Program-made: the position numbers and the translations under genes
From: Actinomycetota bacterium
GTDB lineage: Bacteria; Actinomycetota; Acidimicrobiia; Acidimicrobiales; JAMDDE01
Assembly: GCA_023489235.1 (NCBI GenBank)
Contig: JAMDDE010000076.1
Location: 45,022-109,021, forward strand
Direction of reading: 5' to 3'
DNA: 64,000 nucleotides
Notes under the pieces: generated by a model
Told to the model about the DNA's origin: nothing
Database searches by the model: none
What the model saw: only the letters and a program-made list of their open reading frames with translations
Shown here: one piece after another, positions 27,061 through 35,573 of the stretch
Position numbering within the stretch: position 1 is the stretch's first letter
Layout: each line of letters begins with the position of its first letter

Positions 27061-28464
27061 GTGAATATACTGGGCAACCGATTGGTCATAGCAGGGACTC
27101 ATTCCGGGGTAGGCAAGACGACTGTAGCTGTGGGGATAATGGCTGCTCTACGAAAACGTGCTTTCAAGGTAGGAGCAGCCAAAGTAGGCCCTGATTTCAT
27201 TGACCCTGGTTACCATGGACTAGCCACAGGAAGACCGAGCAGGAATCTCGACCCATGGATCATGGGTGAACGCTATATAGCTCCAGGTGCACTCAGGGCA
27301 GCCGATGGCACCGACTTACTGATCATTGAGGGGGTGATGGGTCTTTTCGACGGGTCTTCCATGCCTCGACCTCCGGTTGATCCAACTATCCGTACCTCGT
27401 TCTCTGAAAGTCCATTATTTGGAAGCACAGCTCATGTGGCTAATTTGCTTGCTTCCCCTACCGTACTAGTAGTTGACGCATCGTCCATGAGCACCTCCAT
27501 AGCCGCTTTGGTTCAGGGATATGCACACTTTCACCCTTCTGTCCCTATATCTGGAGTCATCCTCAACAAAGTGGCTGGAAAGGGTCATGAAGAGCTACTC
27601 CGTTCCTCCCTGGAGCTCACAGGCATACCTATCTACGGGGTGCTTTACAGGGATGACGCCTTCTCTTGGCGGGACCGACATCTTGGTCTCGTACCGGTCG
27701 TAGAGAAGACCAAGGAGGTATCTACCAGTATAGTCAGGCTGGCGACAGTGACGGAGAGGTCCGTTGATATAGAAGGACTACTCAAACTAGCTGCGCAAGC
27801 CCCAGCAATTCCAGCTGAGTATCTTCCTCCGGCTGTACGAACAGGAAGCGCAAGAGTAGCAGTGGCTTCTGGGCCAGCTTTTAGCTTCATCTACCCTGAC
27901 AATCTGGAAAGACTCCGACAAGCAGGTGCTGAGATAGTCGAGTTCGACCCCTTATGCGACGAGAAGTTGCCGGAAGGTGTCTCAGCTCTGTACATAGGGG
28001 GCGGCTTTCCAGAGGTTTATGCCGAAGCGCTTGCTGCTAATACTTCTCTCAACGCTGAAGTACGCGACAGAATTGATCGAGGACTTGTCACTTGGGCAGA
28101 GTGCGGGGGAATGCTGTGGTTGGCTCGCTCCATGGATGACAAGAGGATGAGCGGGGTGCTGCCAGCAGAGGCAAGAATGACCAATTCGTTGACGCTAGGT
28201 TACCGCATTGCCAAGGCAACAACGGACAACCCTCTCGTCCCTGAAGGCTATCCTCTGAGAGGACACGAGTTCCATTATTCTTCCATGGACCCCCCTGGTA
28301 GAGCTCTAAGGATCTTCGCCCGCAACCATCACGAGCACGGAGGATATGCTTCTTCAACACTGATAGCCTCTTACTTGCACTTCCATCTCGGTGCTGATCC
28401 AAGGCCTGCTCAGCGTTTTGTGAAGATAGCTTCGGAATCGCTAACTACTACTTCAACCCGTTGA
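27061..28464 (+). CDS. cobB: Cobyrinic acid a,c-diamide synthase
   Basis: VIAGTHSGVGKTTVAVGIMAAL, GPDFIDPGYH, and a C-terminal amidotransferase domain with ECGGMLWL. Size 467 aa. Confidence 0.9.
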   Translation: MNILGNRLVIAGTHSGVGKTTVAVGIMAALRKRAFKVGAAKVGPDFIDPGYHGLATGRPSRNLDPWIMGERYIAPGALRAADGTDLLIIEGVMGLFDGSSMPRPPVDPTIRTSFSESPLFGSTAHVANLLASPTVLVVDASSMSTSIAALVQGYAHFHPSVPISGVILNKVAGKGHEELLRSSLELTGIPIYGVLYRDDAFSWRDRHLGLVPVVEKTKEVSTSIVRLATVTERSVDIEGLLKLAAQAPAIPAEYLPPAVRTGSARVAVASGPAFSFIYPDNLERLRQAGAEIVEFDPLCDEKLPEGVSALYIGGGFPEVYAEALAANTSLNAEVRDRIDRGLVTWAECGGMLWLARSMDDKRMSGVLPAEARMTNSLTLGYRIAKATTDNPLVPEGYPLRGHEFHYSSMDPPGRALRIFARNHHEHGGYASSTLIASYLHFHLGADPRPAQRFVKIASESLTTTSTR

Positions 28465-28988
28465 TCGTGATCTTCTTCGGGTAAACTGTCTTTTATTTGT
28501 TCGTCGAAGCCAATCCCAATAGTTACAGTAGAGGCAGGCAAGGTCTGTAAGAATTTGTCGTAAAATCCCTTTCCATATCCAATGCGAGCTCCACGTCGGT
28601 CAAAGCCGAGACCCGGTACCAAGACGACATCGATCAGTTCAGCAGGAACCGTCCTCTTTTCAACCGGTTCCATCGTACCGTATTCGCTTCTTTCCAACTC
28701 CAGCGAAGCGTCATATATCACTGGATATAGCCGTGCCCCATCTATACGAGGCACGAGTACTAGTTTGCCATGGCTGAGAAGCCGTTCAAGTATGAGGGAT
28801 GTATCCACCTCGCTAGCAAAGGATATAAAGCCCATAACCGTCTTTGCACCCATCAGGACAGGAAGATCGAACAGTCTTCTGGCCACTGACACAGATTTAC
28901 TTTGTCTCACGGCGAAAGGAATGAGGTCTCTTTCCTGACGTAGTTGCTTGCGCAGCAGGGCTTTAGCAGCAACTATAGAGTTCATCAT
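28410..28988 (-). CDS. 5-formyltetrahydrofolate cyclo-ligase
   Basis: KALLRKQLRQERD at the N-terminus and the VPGLGFDRRGARIGYGKGFYD motif. Its 3' end overlaps the cobB 3' end by 55 nt (convergent). Confidence 0.85.
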   Translation of the reverse strand: MMNSIVAAKALLRKQLRQERDLIPFAVRQSKSVSVARRLFDLPVLMGAKTVMGFISFASEVDTSLILERLLSHGKLVLVPRIDGARLYPVIYDASLELERSEYGTMEPVEKRTVPAELIDVVLVPGLGFDRRGARIGYGKGFYDKFLQTLPASTVTIGIGFDEQIKDSLPEEDHDQRVEVVVSDSEAIFTKR

Positions 28989-29030
28989 CTACTACCTTAA
29001 TCGAGGGTGCTTTTCAGTAATGTGAACCTT

Positions 29031-29207
29031 CCCGTTCTCGAGTACAGATTGCAGCGGTGCTGAGTGCAAGTCTCACCGTTGCATCCGATGGGGGCAGCGG
29101 CTAAACGGCTACCATCCGTCCCGTGAAGTACCGGCCGCTGGTAACAGCCCCGTGGATTGGTGGTTGCCCCGCCAGTGCTCCTTGATCCCATAGCTATAAA
29201 CCAACGG
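29031..29207 (-). ncRNA. Candidate 6S RNA (ssrS-like): a ~177-nt long imperfect hairpin immediately upstream of the 5-FTHF cyclo-ligase gene
   Basis: Hand-folded nested helices are 29095-29101/29134-29140, 29091-29094/29148-29151, 29083-29086/29154-29157, 29074-29077/29159-29162, 29066-29069/29164-29167 and 29032-29036/29203-29207, with internal loops between them. The ssrS-ygfA synteny is known from E. coli. Strand was assigned by synteny only. Confidence 0.35.
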
Positions 29208-29513
29208 CTTACGGGACGCTCGTCGGTCAGTCGACAGGACCTTTGCTAAGACAACAAGAGCTACCTGTTGTCGCTGTTCCAGGGCGCGATTCCCTGGTGG
29301 AAGTCGGGAGCGCTGTTCGCCCAGCGGCTCGAAAGATTCCTCCGTAGTTTTAAGAATGGTTTCTGGCGCGTTTGCTAAACTTAAAATTGTCTTTGGCGAT
29401 GGGGCTCGCCATTATTTGCTGGGTGTAGTTTTCGGCAAACAGTAGCTTTGCGCAGGTCAAGAGCACCAGCTGATAGCTCCTTCATCATATGCAGTTGTTG
29501 TGAAGGAGTAGCT

Positions 29514-31247
29514 ATGCATGAGGTAAACGAATTAAACGATCTGGTAAACCTGGCAAAGCAACTGGCAGAGGCTGTGGAAGATCGAGGTGAGTTGGCCGTG
29601 CGAGCTCAACGCCTGGTTGAACGAGTCAGCACGGGGCAGTTCCACATCGTTGTCGCTGGTGATTTCAAACGGGGAAAATCCACCTTGATCAATGCCTTGC
29701 TCGGAGAGGAGGTTCTTCCTAGCGGAGTACTCCCTCTGACCGCCATCGCTACGGAAGTACACTTCGGGCCGAGAGCTACTCAGGTGGTTCATCTGGACGG
29801 GTCATCCATTCGTATACCCGAAGAGGAGATATCACTGTATGTCACCGAGAGATTTAATCCAGCAAACATACGCCGTGTTGCTCGTGTAGAAGTTTATCGA
29901 GAATCTCCCTTGCTAAGATCCGGCCTTGTGCTGGTAGACACTCCTGGAACAGGCTCTGTGTATCTTCACAATAGCGAGGAGGCACAGGGTGCACGCCAAA
30001 GAGCCGATGGTGCGATCGTGGTGCTATCAGCAGATAGTCCTCTGTCGCAAAATGAGAAGGAGCTATTGGCATCCGTAATAGATCAACATGGCCGGGTGTT
30101 CGTAGTCTTGAACAAAGTCGATTACTTGAACCCTTCCGAGATTCGTGAGGTAAGAGAGTTCATAGAAAAGTCGCTTGCTGAGCTCTCTCGGACACCTCCT
30201 ACTCTGTACTGCATCGCAGCCAAGAATGCTCTTGCCGCAAGACTACGTGGTGAAGCTCCAAGTGACAGTGGGGAGTTCGAAAAGTTTCTCTCTGAACTTA
30301 TATCTTTCGTGGAGAGAGACCTTGTCGGTGCTCGCGATATAGTAGCCCGCCGTGAGCTAGAGCGAATTTCTATAGACCTAGAGAACATGATTGCTCTAGA
30401 GAATGCAGCTCTTGATCTTGACGTAGCTACTCTTACAGAAAAAATTGCCAAATTCAAAGAGGAAGCAACCGTCATCCGCACGGGTTTCGAAGAGGACTCT
30501 GTACTTCTTCGTCATGAAGTGAATCAACTTACCGCTTCCATAGCTGATGATCTAAACAATTTTGCTACCAAGGAACCGTTCAGGTGGATGGGGGTACTGA
30601 GCGATACTGCTGGAATCCTTCCCCTGTCTGGCCTCGATGAAGGTTTATTAAACAAAGTAGAGGAGTGTGTACGTAACGGTTTCGAAGAGTTCAGGCAAAA
30701 GGAGACAGAGCGAGTAGACAGAGCATGGCGAGAGATAGCCGATCGCTTCCGCTACAGGACACAAAAAAGAGTTGATGCCCTGCGGCAACTTGCAGCTTCT
30801 ATATTCGAGGTAACCGTCCCTAGCCTTCCTGTTCCGCAGCTGGAGGAAGAGCAGGAACGATTTTTCTATCTCTTCTTGCACATCGGGTCTGCAGGTATCA
30901 CTCTAACACCACTTCTGCGCAGGTTACTGCCTGGGGAGGTAGCACGACGAAGGGCCTTGACCAAAGCGCAACTGTACCTGAAAGAGGAGTTCGCCAAACA
31001 TGCTGGGAGGGCGCGGTGGGACTTGACCCAACGAGCAGAGACACTGCGTAGAAAGTTCGAGTCGACGATGCGTTCAGAGGTAGAGGGGGTAACCGCTTCT
31101 ATCCTCGAGGCGATAACTCGAGCAGAGGATCTACGCAGTGCCAGTCAAGCTCATCGACAAGCTAGAGAATCAGTGAACGCTGCTTCATTGGAGGCAGCTT
31201 CACGTATAATTGCAAAAATACGTTCGCTCGCTTTACCACAGAAATAG
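29514..31247 (+). CDS. Bacterial dynamin-like GTPase
   Basis: VVAGDFKRGKSTLINALLG (G1), LVDTPGTGS (G3) and VLNKVD (G4), followed by a long coiled-coil-like C-terminus. ATG at 29514 has GAAGGAG 5 nt upstream. The track start is 29448. Confidence 0.85.
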   Translation: MHEVNELNDLVNLAKQLAEAVEDRGELAVRAQRLVERVSTGQFHIVVAGDFKRGKSTLINALLGEEVLPSGVLPLTAIATEVHFGPRATQVVHLDGSSIRIPEEEISLYVTERFNPANIRRVARVEVYRESPLLRSGLVLVDTPGTGSVYLHNSEEAQGARQRADGAIVVLSADSPLSQNEKELLASVIDQHGRVFVVLNKVDYLNPSEIREVREFIEKSLAELSRTPPTLYCIAAKNALAARLRGEAPSDSGEFEKFLSELISFVERDLVGARDIVARRELERISIDLENMIALENAALDLDVATLTEKIAKFKEEATVIRTGFEEDSVLLRHEVNQLTASIADDLNNFATKEPFRWMGVLSDTAGILPLSGLDEGLLNKVEECVRNGFEEFRQKETERVDRAWREIADRFRYRTQKRVDALRQLAASIFEVTVPSLPVPQLEEEQERFFYLFLHIGSAGITLTPLLRRLLPGEVARRRALTKAQLYLKEEFAKHAGRARWDLTQRAETLRRKFESTMRSEVEGVTASILEAITRAEDLRSASQAHRQARESVNAASLEAASRIIAKIRSLALPQK

Positions 31248-31290
31248 CGTTCTGCCACCTCGCAAAGGTGAGCTCACGCTTACCGTCCGC

Positions 31291-32403
31291 TCAATGCTCG
31301 TGAATGATCACACCTCTGATGTTTTTGCCATCAAGTAGATCTTGATATCCTTGGTTGATCTCATCTAGCGTATATGTCTTGGTGACTAGCTCATCGAGCT
31401 TAAGCAAGCCAGCTCTATAAAGGTCCAAGAGCTTGCCGATCTCGTAAACGGGATTGGATGACCCGAAAAGCGTTCCCTTGACCGTCTTCTCGAAGAGCGT
31501 CATGACCGCCCCAGGTAGTTGGACTGTATATTTACTTGGATCCGCCAACCCGGTTATCACCATCGTGCCACCCTTGCGAATGGCATTAAAACCAGCTTGC
31601 ACCACTGCTTCGTTTACGATGTCCACCGTGACGATAGCCTTGTCAGCTCCTACACCTCGGGTTAGATCCCCAATTAGAGTTGCTGCTTCCTCAGCTGAGG
31701 ACACCGTATGAGTAGCCCCGAGCTGAGATGCCATCTCCCTTTTGTTGGATAGAGGATCTACGGCAATAACCTCCTTGGCACCAGCAAAATGTGCTCCTTG
31801 AACAGCATTTATACCAATGCCACCAATGCCGTAGATTACAACCGTATCACCAGGTTCTACCTCGGCAGCATGTACAGCTGATCCCCATCCGGTCGGGACC
31901 CCGCAACCAACTAGTACAGCAGTACTGAGGTCGAAATCATCATCAACTTTCACACAGGATGCCTCAGAGATAACGGCGTATTGAGAAAAAGTACCCAACA
32001 TGCAAAGTCCCCCGAGATCCTGTCCTTGGTAATGGAACCGATAGGTTCCGTCAGGTAAGCATCCATCCATGATGGTTGCCCCCATATCGCAAAGATTCTG
32101 ATGTCCGGTGGAACAAAAGCGACAGTGGCCACAGGATGGGATGAAGGAGCACACTACATGATCGCCTGGCTTTACCCTGGTAACTCCCGGGCCCACCTCC
32201 TCGATTACCCCAGCTCCTTCATGTCCACCAACGATTGGGAAACGCGGTACGAGATCACCGTGGCGCAAATGCTCATCGGAATGGCATAGGCCTGCTGCTT
32301 CGAAGCGGATGAGCACCTCGCCATCCTTTGGAGGATCAAGGTCTACTTCTATTACATCCCAATCCTGGTGAACACCCCACAACACGGCTGCTTTGGTCTT
32401 CAT
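31291..32403 (-). CDS. Zn-dependent alcohol dehydrogenase, NDMA-dependent type (paralogue of 11313-12425)
   Basis: 370 aa with GLCHSDEHL, GGHEGAGVIEEVGPGV and CGHCRFCSTGHQNLC. It is collinear with the first ADH over its full length. Confidence 0.75.
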   Translation of the reverse strand: MKTKAAVLWGVHQDWDVIEVDLDPPKDGEVLIRFEAAGLCHSDEHLRHGDLVPRFPIVGGHEGAGVIEEVGPGVTRVKPGDHVVCSFIPSCGHCRFCSTGHQNLCDMGATIMDGCLPDGTYRFHYQGQDLGGLCMLGTFSQYAVISEASCVKVDDDFDLSTAVLVGCGVPTGWGSAVHAAEVEPGDTVVIYGIGGIGINAVQGAHFAGAKEVIAVDPLSNKREMASQLGATHTVSSAEEAATLIGDLTRGVGADKAIVTVDIVNEAVVQAGFNAIRKGGTMVITGLADPSKYTVQLPGAVMTLFEKTVKGTLFGSSNPVYEIGKLLDLYRAGLLKLDELVTKTYTLDEINQGYQDLLDGKNIRGVIIHEH

Positions 32404-32554
32404 GTACTCCCCCTTCTTGCCATTGGCCTTTAACTGTACTGGCCAACGACAACCTTAACAATACAAACAAATATCTTGCCAGTCGCTCTGGTTGCCTTGA
32501 TTGGCCTGATCTGCTCGGCGGCTTCGACAACAGGTACCGCTCTGGATACCTTGA

Positions 32555-33448
32555 TCAGCCACCCACATCATCATGCCGTGGAGTCGCTGCAGTAGAAAGA
32601 AACTCCTCAACTCCTCCAAACAATCCATACCGAGCGTTATCCACATCATGGGGAAGACGGCTTCTGGCGAGGATGTACTCCTCGAACGGATAGGCAAACT
32701 GTGGATCGAATCCCGCCCAGAAGGGAGAATCGGGGTCAATTTGAGTGGCATGAGCATGCAGTGCAGCAGATACTCTGCTCAAGTACTTGGATATGTCAAC
32801 ACGTACGACGTTATCGGAGAGCTCAGGCAATTTATCCACCCAACGATCATCGAAAGGGGGATTCATGCCTCGAGAACGAAAGTTGGCAATGATAGACCTC
32901 GCTCGTTCTTTCGACCATACTACGTAGTAGAGCTTCAAAGGAGCGAACGGAGGCCCAGCTCCTGGGTAGACGTTTCCATCGGCTGCAGCCTCGAAAGCAG
33001 CTACTGTCACCTCATGAGCCTTCAAGTGGTCAGGATGACGGTATCCCCCTTGCTCTTGAGGGTAAGCCACAATCACCTGGGGTTTCGAGCGTCTGATCTC
33101 TGCCACGAGTCGCTCGACTGCTTCGGCTATGGGAGCAGCAGCAAAACTATGTGGATGGCTATTGGCTGGAGAACCAGGCATTCCTGAATCACGGTAGCCG
33201 AGGAATCGAATCTCATCGTACCCAATTAGGGTTGCTGCCTTGTTTAACTCCTGCTTACGGATACGAGCAAGGTTGCTACGCACCTCCGGAGTGTCCAACC
33301 TAGGGTTGAGCACGTCCCCCTCTTCGCCCCCGGTGCAGCACACAAGTACTGTATGCACACCGGCATCGTGGTATAGGGCTACGGTGCCGGCTCCCTTGGA
33401 TGATTCGTCATCAGGATGAGCATGGACTGTCATCAAACAGGCGGCCAT
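32555..33448 (-). CDS. mca: Mycothiol S-conjugate amidase-like PIG-L/LmbE family deacetylase
   Basis: LMTVHAHPDDESSKGAGTVALY..VLVCCTGGEEGDVLNP closely follows the Mca/MshB N-terminal pattern. At 297 aa, the size is Mca-like. Confidence 0.72.
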   Translation of the reverse strand: MAACLMTVHAHPDDESSKGAGTVALYHDAGVHTVLVCCTGGEEGDVLNPRLDTPEVRSNLARIRKQELNKAATLIGYDEIRFLGYRDSGMPGSPANSHPHSFAAAPIAEAVERLVAEIRRSKPQVIVAYPQEQGGYRHPDHLKAHEVTVAAFEAAADGNVYPGAGPPFAPLKLYYVVWSKERARSIIANFRSRGMNPPFDDRWVDKLPELSDNVVRVDISKYLSRVSAALHAHATQIDPDSPFWAGFDPQFAYPFEEYILARSRLPHDVDNARYGLFGGVEEFLSTAATPRHDDVGG

Positions 33449-33573
33449 ATAGACAACCTACCTCACGTGATATATAGACGGTCGCAGGATCAACTATGCT
33501 ATTTGTAGGCTGCCTCCTCAAGGGGCACCTCCCCACACAGAGTGCATTACCACACGACGGAGGGACCAGGCTA

Positions 33574-34365
33574 ATGGGCGTGATGAAGCGATTATCAGGG
33601 ATACTACAAGCTAAGGCCAACAAGGTCTTGGACAAAGCTGAGGATCCAAGGGAGACGCTCGATCTCTCTTACGAGAAACAGCTGGAGCAACTCCAACAAG
33701 TACGGCGGAGCGTTGCCGATGTAGCCACTGCTCGCAAACGTATAGAACTGCAAGCACAACAGCTACAACAATCAGCAGCCAAGCTACAAGATCAAGCGCG
33801 TCAAGCAATGTCGCAGGGCAGGGAGGATCTTGCTCGCGAAGCCCTTCAACGACGCGCTGGGATAGCTAGCCAACTACAGGATCTGGAAGCACAACATCAG
33901 CAAGTGGCTGCTCAGGAACAGAAGCTTATAGCTACCACTCAACGACTTCAGGCACAGGTCGAGTCATTCAGGACTCAGAAAGAAACCATCAAAGCCACTT
34001 ACACGGCGGCCAAGGCACAGACCACTATTGACGAAACTCTCTCGGGCATCTCAGAAGAGATGAGCGATGCTGGGTTGGCTCTACAACGAGCCAAGGACAA
34101 AGTCGAGAATATGCAAGCACGCGCTGGTGCGGTCGACGAGCTCCTCGCTTCTGGAGCCCTCACCGATCTCACCCAGCCCGTAGACAGCATTCAAGCGGAA
34201 TTGGACAAGACTTCTACCAATGCACAGGTCGAGGCTGAGCTCGCTCAGCTGAAGGCTGAACAACTTGGAGCTGCTTCACCTGCAGGGGCTCTTTCGGCTC
34301 CAACACCACCTCCTGAGCAAGATCAACAGCAAGATGTTGCCCCAAGCGATGGTAGCCCGGCATGA
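33574..34365 (+). CDS. pspA: PspA/IM30 family protein
   Basis: MKRLSGILQAKANKVLDKAEDPRETLDLSYEKQLEQLQQVRRSVADV plus a long heptad-rich body. ATG at 33574 lies about 10 nt after GGAGGG. The track start is 33496. Confidence 0.88.
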   Translation: MGVMKRLSGILQAKANKVLDKAEDPRETLDLSYEKQLEQLQQVRRSVADVATARKRIELQAQQLQQSAAKLQDQARQAMSQGREDLAREALQRRAGIASQLQDLEAQHQQVAAQEQKLIATTQRLQAQVESFRTQKETIKATYTAAKAQTTIDETLSGISEEMSDAGLALQRAKDKVENMQARAGAVDELLASGALTDLTQPVDSIQAELDKTSTNAQVEAELAQLKAEQLGAASPAGALSAPTPPPEQDQQQDVAPSDGSPA

Positions 34366-34643
34366 TCGTTCGTATTCTCGGTGAAGGCCAATACGAGCTG
34401 CCAACCAACTACCACGACCACTTGGCTGAACTAGATGAGGAGTTGGCCAAGGCCATCGAAGCAAACGATGAGGCAGCATTCTCTGCAACACTCGATGCTC
34501 TCATTCACGAGATCAAATCAGCGGGTACGCCTGTGGAGTTGGACAGATTCGTTCCGTCCAACATGATTCTTCCTTCCTTGGACACGCCTCTTTCCGAAGT
34601 AAAAGAGCTTCTTGCGGAAGGTACAATAGGAGAACAAGGGTAA
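34362..34643 (+). CDS. PspA-associated small protein (PspAA-like)
   Basis: 93 aa, starting MIVRILGEGQYELP. Its start overlaps the pspA stop (ATGA). Family name is from memory only. Confidence 0.5.
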   Translation: MIVRILGEGQYELPTNYHDHLAELDEELAKAIEANDEAAFSATLDALIHEIKSAGTPVELDRFVPSNMILPSLDTPLSEVKELLAEGTIGEQG

Positions 34644-34646
34644 ATC

Positions 34647-35573
34647 ATGGCATCACGCAGTCGTTTCCCGGCAGACAAGGGCTTGGTTGCACGCATGACG
34701 TTGACCATGTTCCTGCTTGGACTTCTGTATGTACTCTTTGTGGGGGTCTTGATTGCCCTAGGCATCCCCTTGATCTTGGTCTTGGTCATAGCAGTAGTAG
34801 TTCTGTTCATTCAGTACTATTTTTCCGACAAAATCGCTCTGTTCGGTATGCATGGGCATATAGTGACTCCCGAACAAGCTCCTACATTACATGGGGTAGT
34901 TGATCGTCTTTCCGCCCTTGCCAACATGCCTAAACCGCGAGTAGCTATCGCAGATAGCGATATACCTAATGCCTTCGCCACGGGGAGGAATCAGGCCAAT
35001 GCGGTGGTGTGCGTCACTACTGGGTTACTCAGGAGACTCAATGAACCAGAGTTGGAAGCAGTGCTCTCTCATGAGCTCTCGCATGTCGCTCACCGAGACG
35101 TGGCCGTAATGACCATAGCCAGCTTCTTGGGGATTTTGGCAGGACTATTGACCAGGGCAATGCTTTATGCTGGATTATTCGGTGGTTTTGGTGGTGACAG
35201 GGGCAGTGCTGAGGGTGACCAGCTCGCTATCATGGAGCTAGGTATCATGCTGGTATCAGCAATAGTTTACGTAATCAGCTTCCTATTGATTCGAGCTCTA
35301 TCCAGGTATCGGGAGCTCGCTGCCGATCGTTCAGGTGCCATACTGATAGGTCGACCATCACTACTGGCCTCAGCTCTAGTAAAGATATCTGGAGAAATGA
35401 GTCGTATCCCTACTCGTGATATCCGCTCAGCTCAGTACTTCAATGCTTTCTACTTCACCCCAGCAATGACTAATGGTCCGAGCATATCCAACTTGTTCTC
35501 CACACATCCATCACTTCAGAAGCGACTGGACCAACTGTCCAGACTAGAGGCTCAGATGGAGCGTCCCGCGTGA
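34647..35573 (+). CDS. htpX: HtpX-like M48 zinc metalloprotease
   Basis: HELSHVAHRD (HExxH), N-terminal transmembrane segments, and the FSTHPSLQKR C-terminal motif. Confidence 0.88.
   Translation: MASRSRFPADKGLVARMTLTMFLLGLLYVLFVGVLIALGIPLILVLVIAVVVLFIQYYFSDKIALFGMHGHIVTPEQAPTLHGVVDRLSALANMPKPRVAIADSDIPNAFATGRNQANAVVCVTTGLLRRLNEPELEAVLSHELSHVAHRDVAVMTIASFLGILAGLLTRAMLYAGLFGGFGGDRGSAEGDQLAIMELGIMLVSAIVYVISFLLIRALSRYRELAADRSGAILIGRPSLLASALVKISGEMSRIPTRDIRSAQYFNAFYFTPAMTNGPSISNLFSTHPSLQKRLDQLSRLEAQMERPA

Noticed and set aside
29036-29095. THF-riboswitch-like fragments (GAGTACAG.., GTTGCATCCG) next to a folate gene.
   Set aside because: They lie on the strand opposite the folate gene. The element would be about 55 nt, far shorter than a THF aptamer, and the conserved pseudoknot partners cannot be found.
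29134-29215. RNase P RNA-like strings on the plus strand: CCGCTGGTAACAGCCCCGTGG resembles the E. coli M1 segment GGCTGGTAACAGTCCGTGG, and AACCAACGGCTTAC resembles the P4 3' strand.
   Set aside because: The two motifs are only about 70 nt apart, against about 140 nt in M1 RNA. No GAGGAAAGTCCGGGC-type P4 5' strand exists upstream. A full-length RNase P RNA would have to overlap the cyclo-ligase CDS antisense. I treat the resemblance as chance within a GC-rich hairpin; cmsearch with the RNase P models would settle it.
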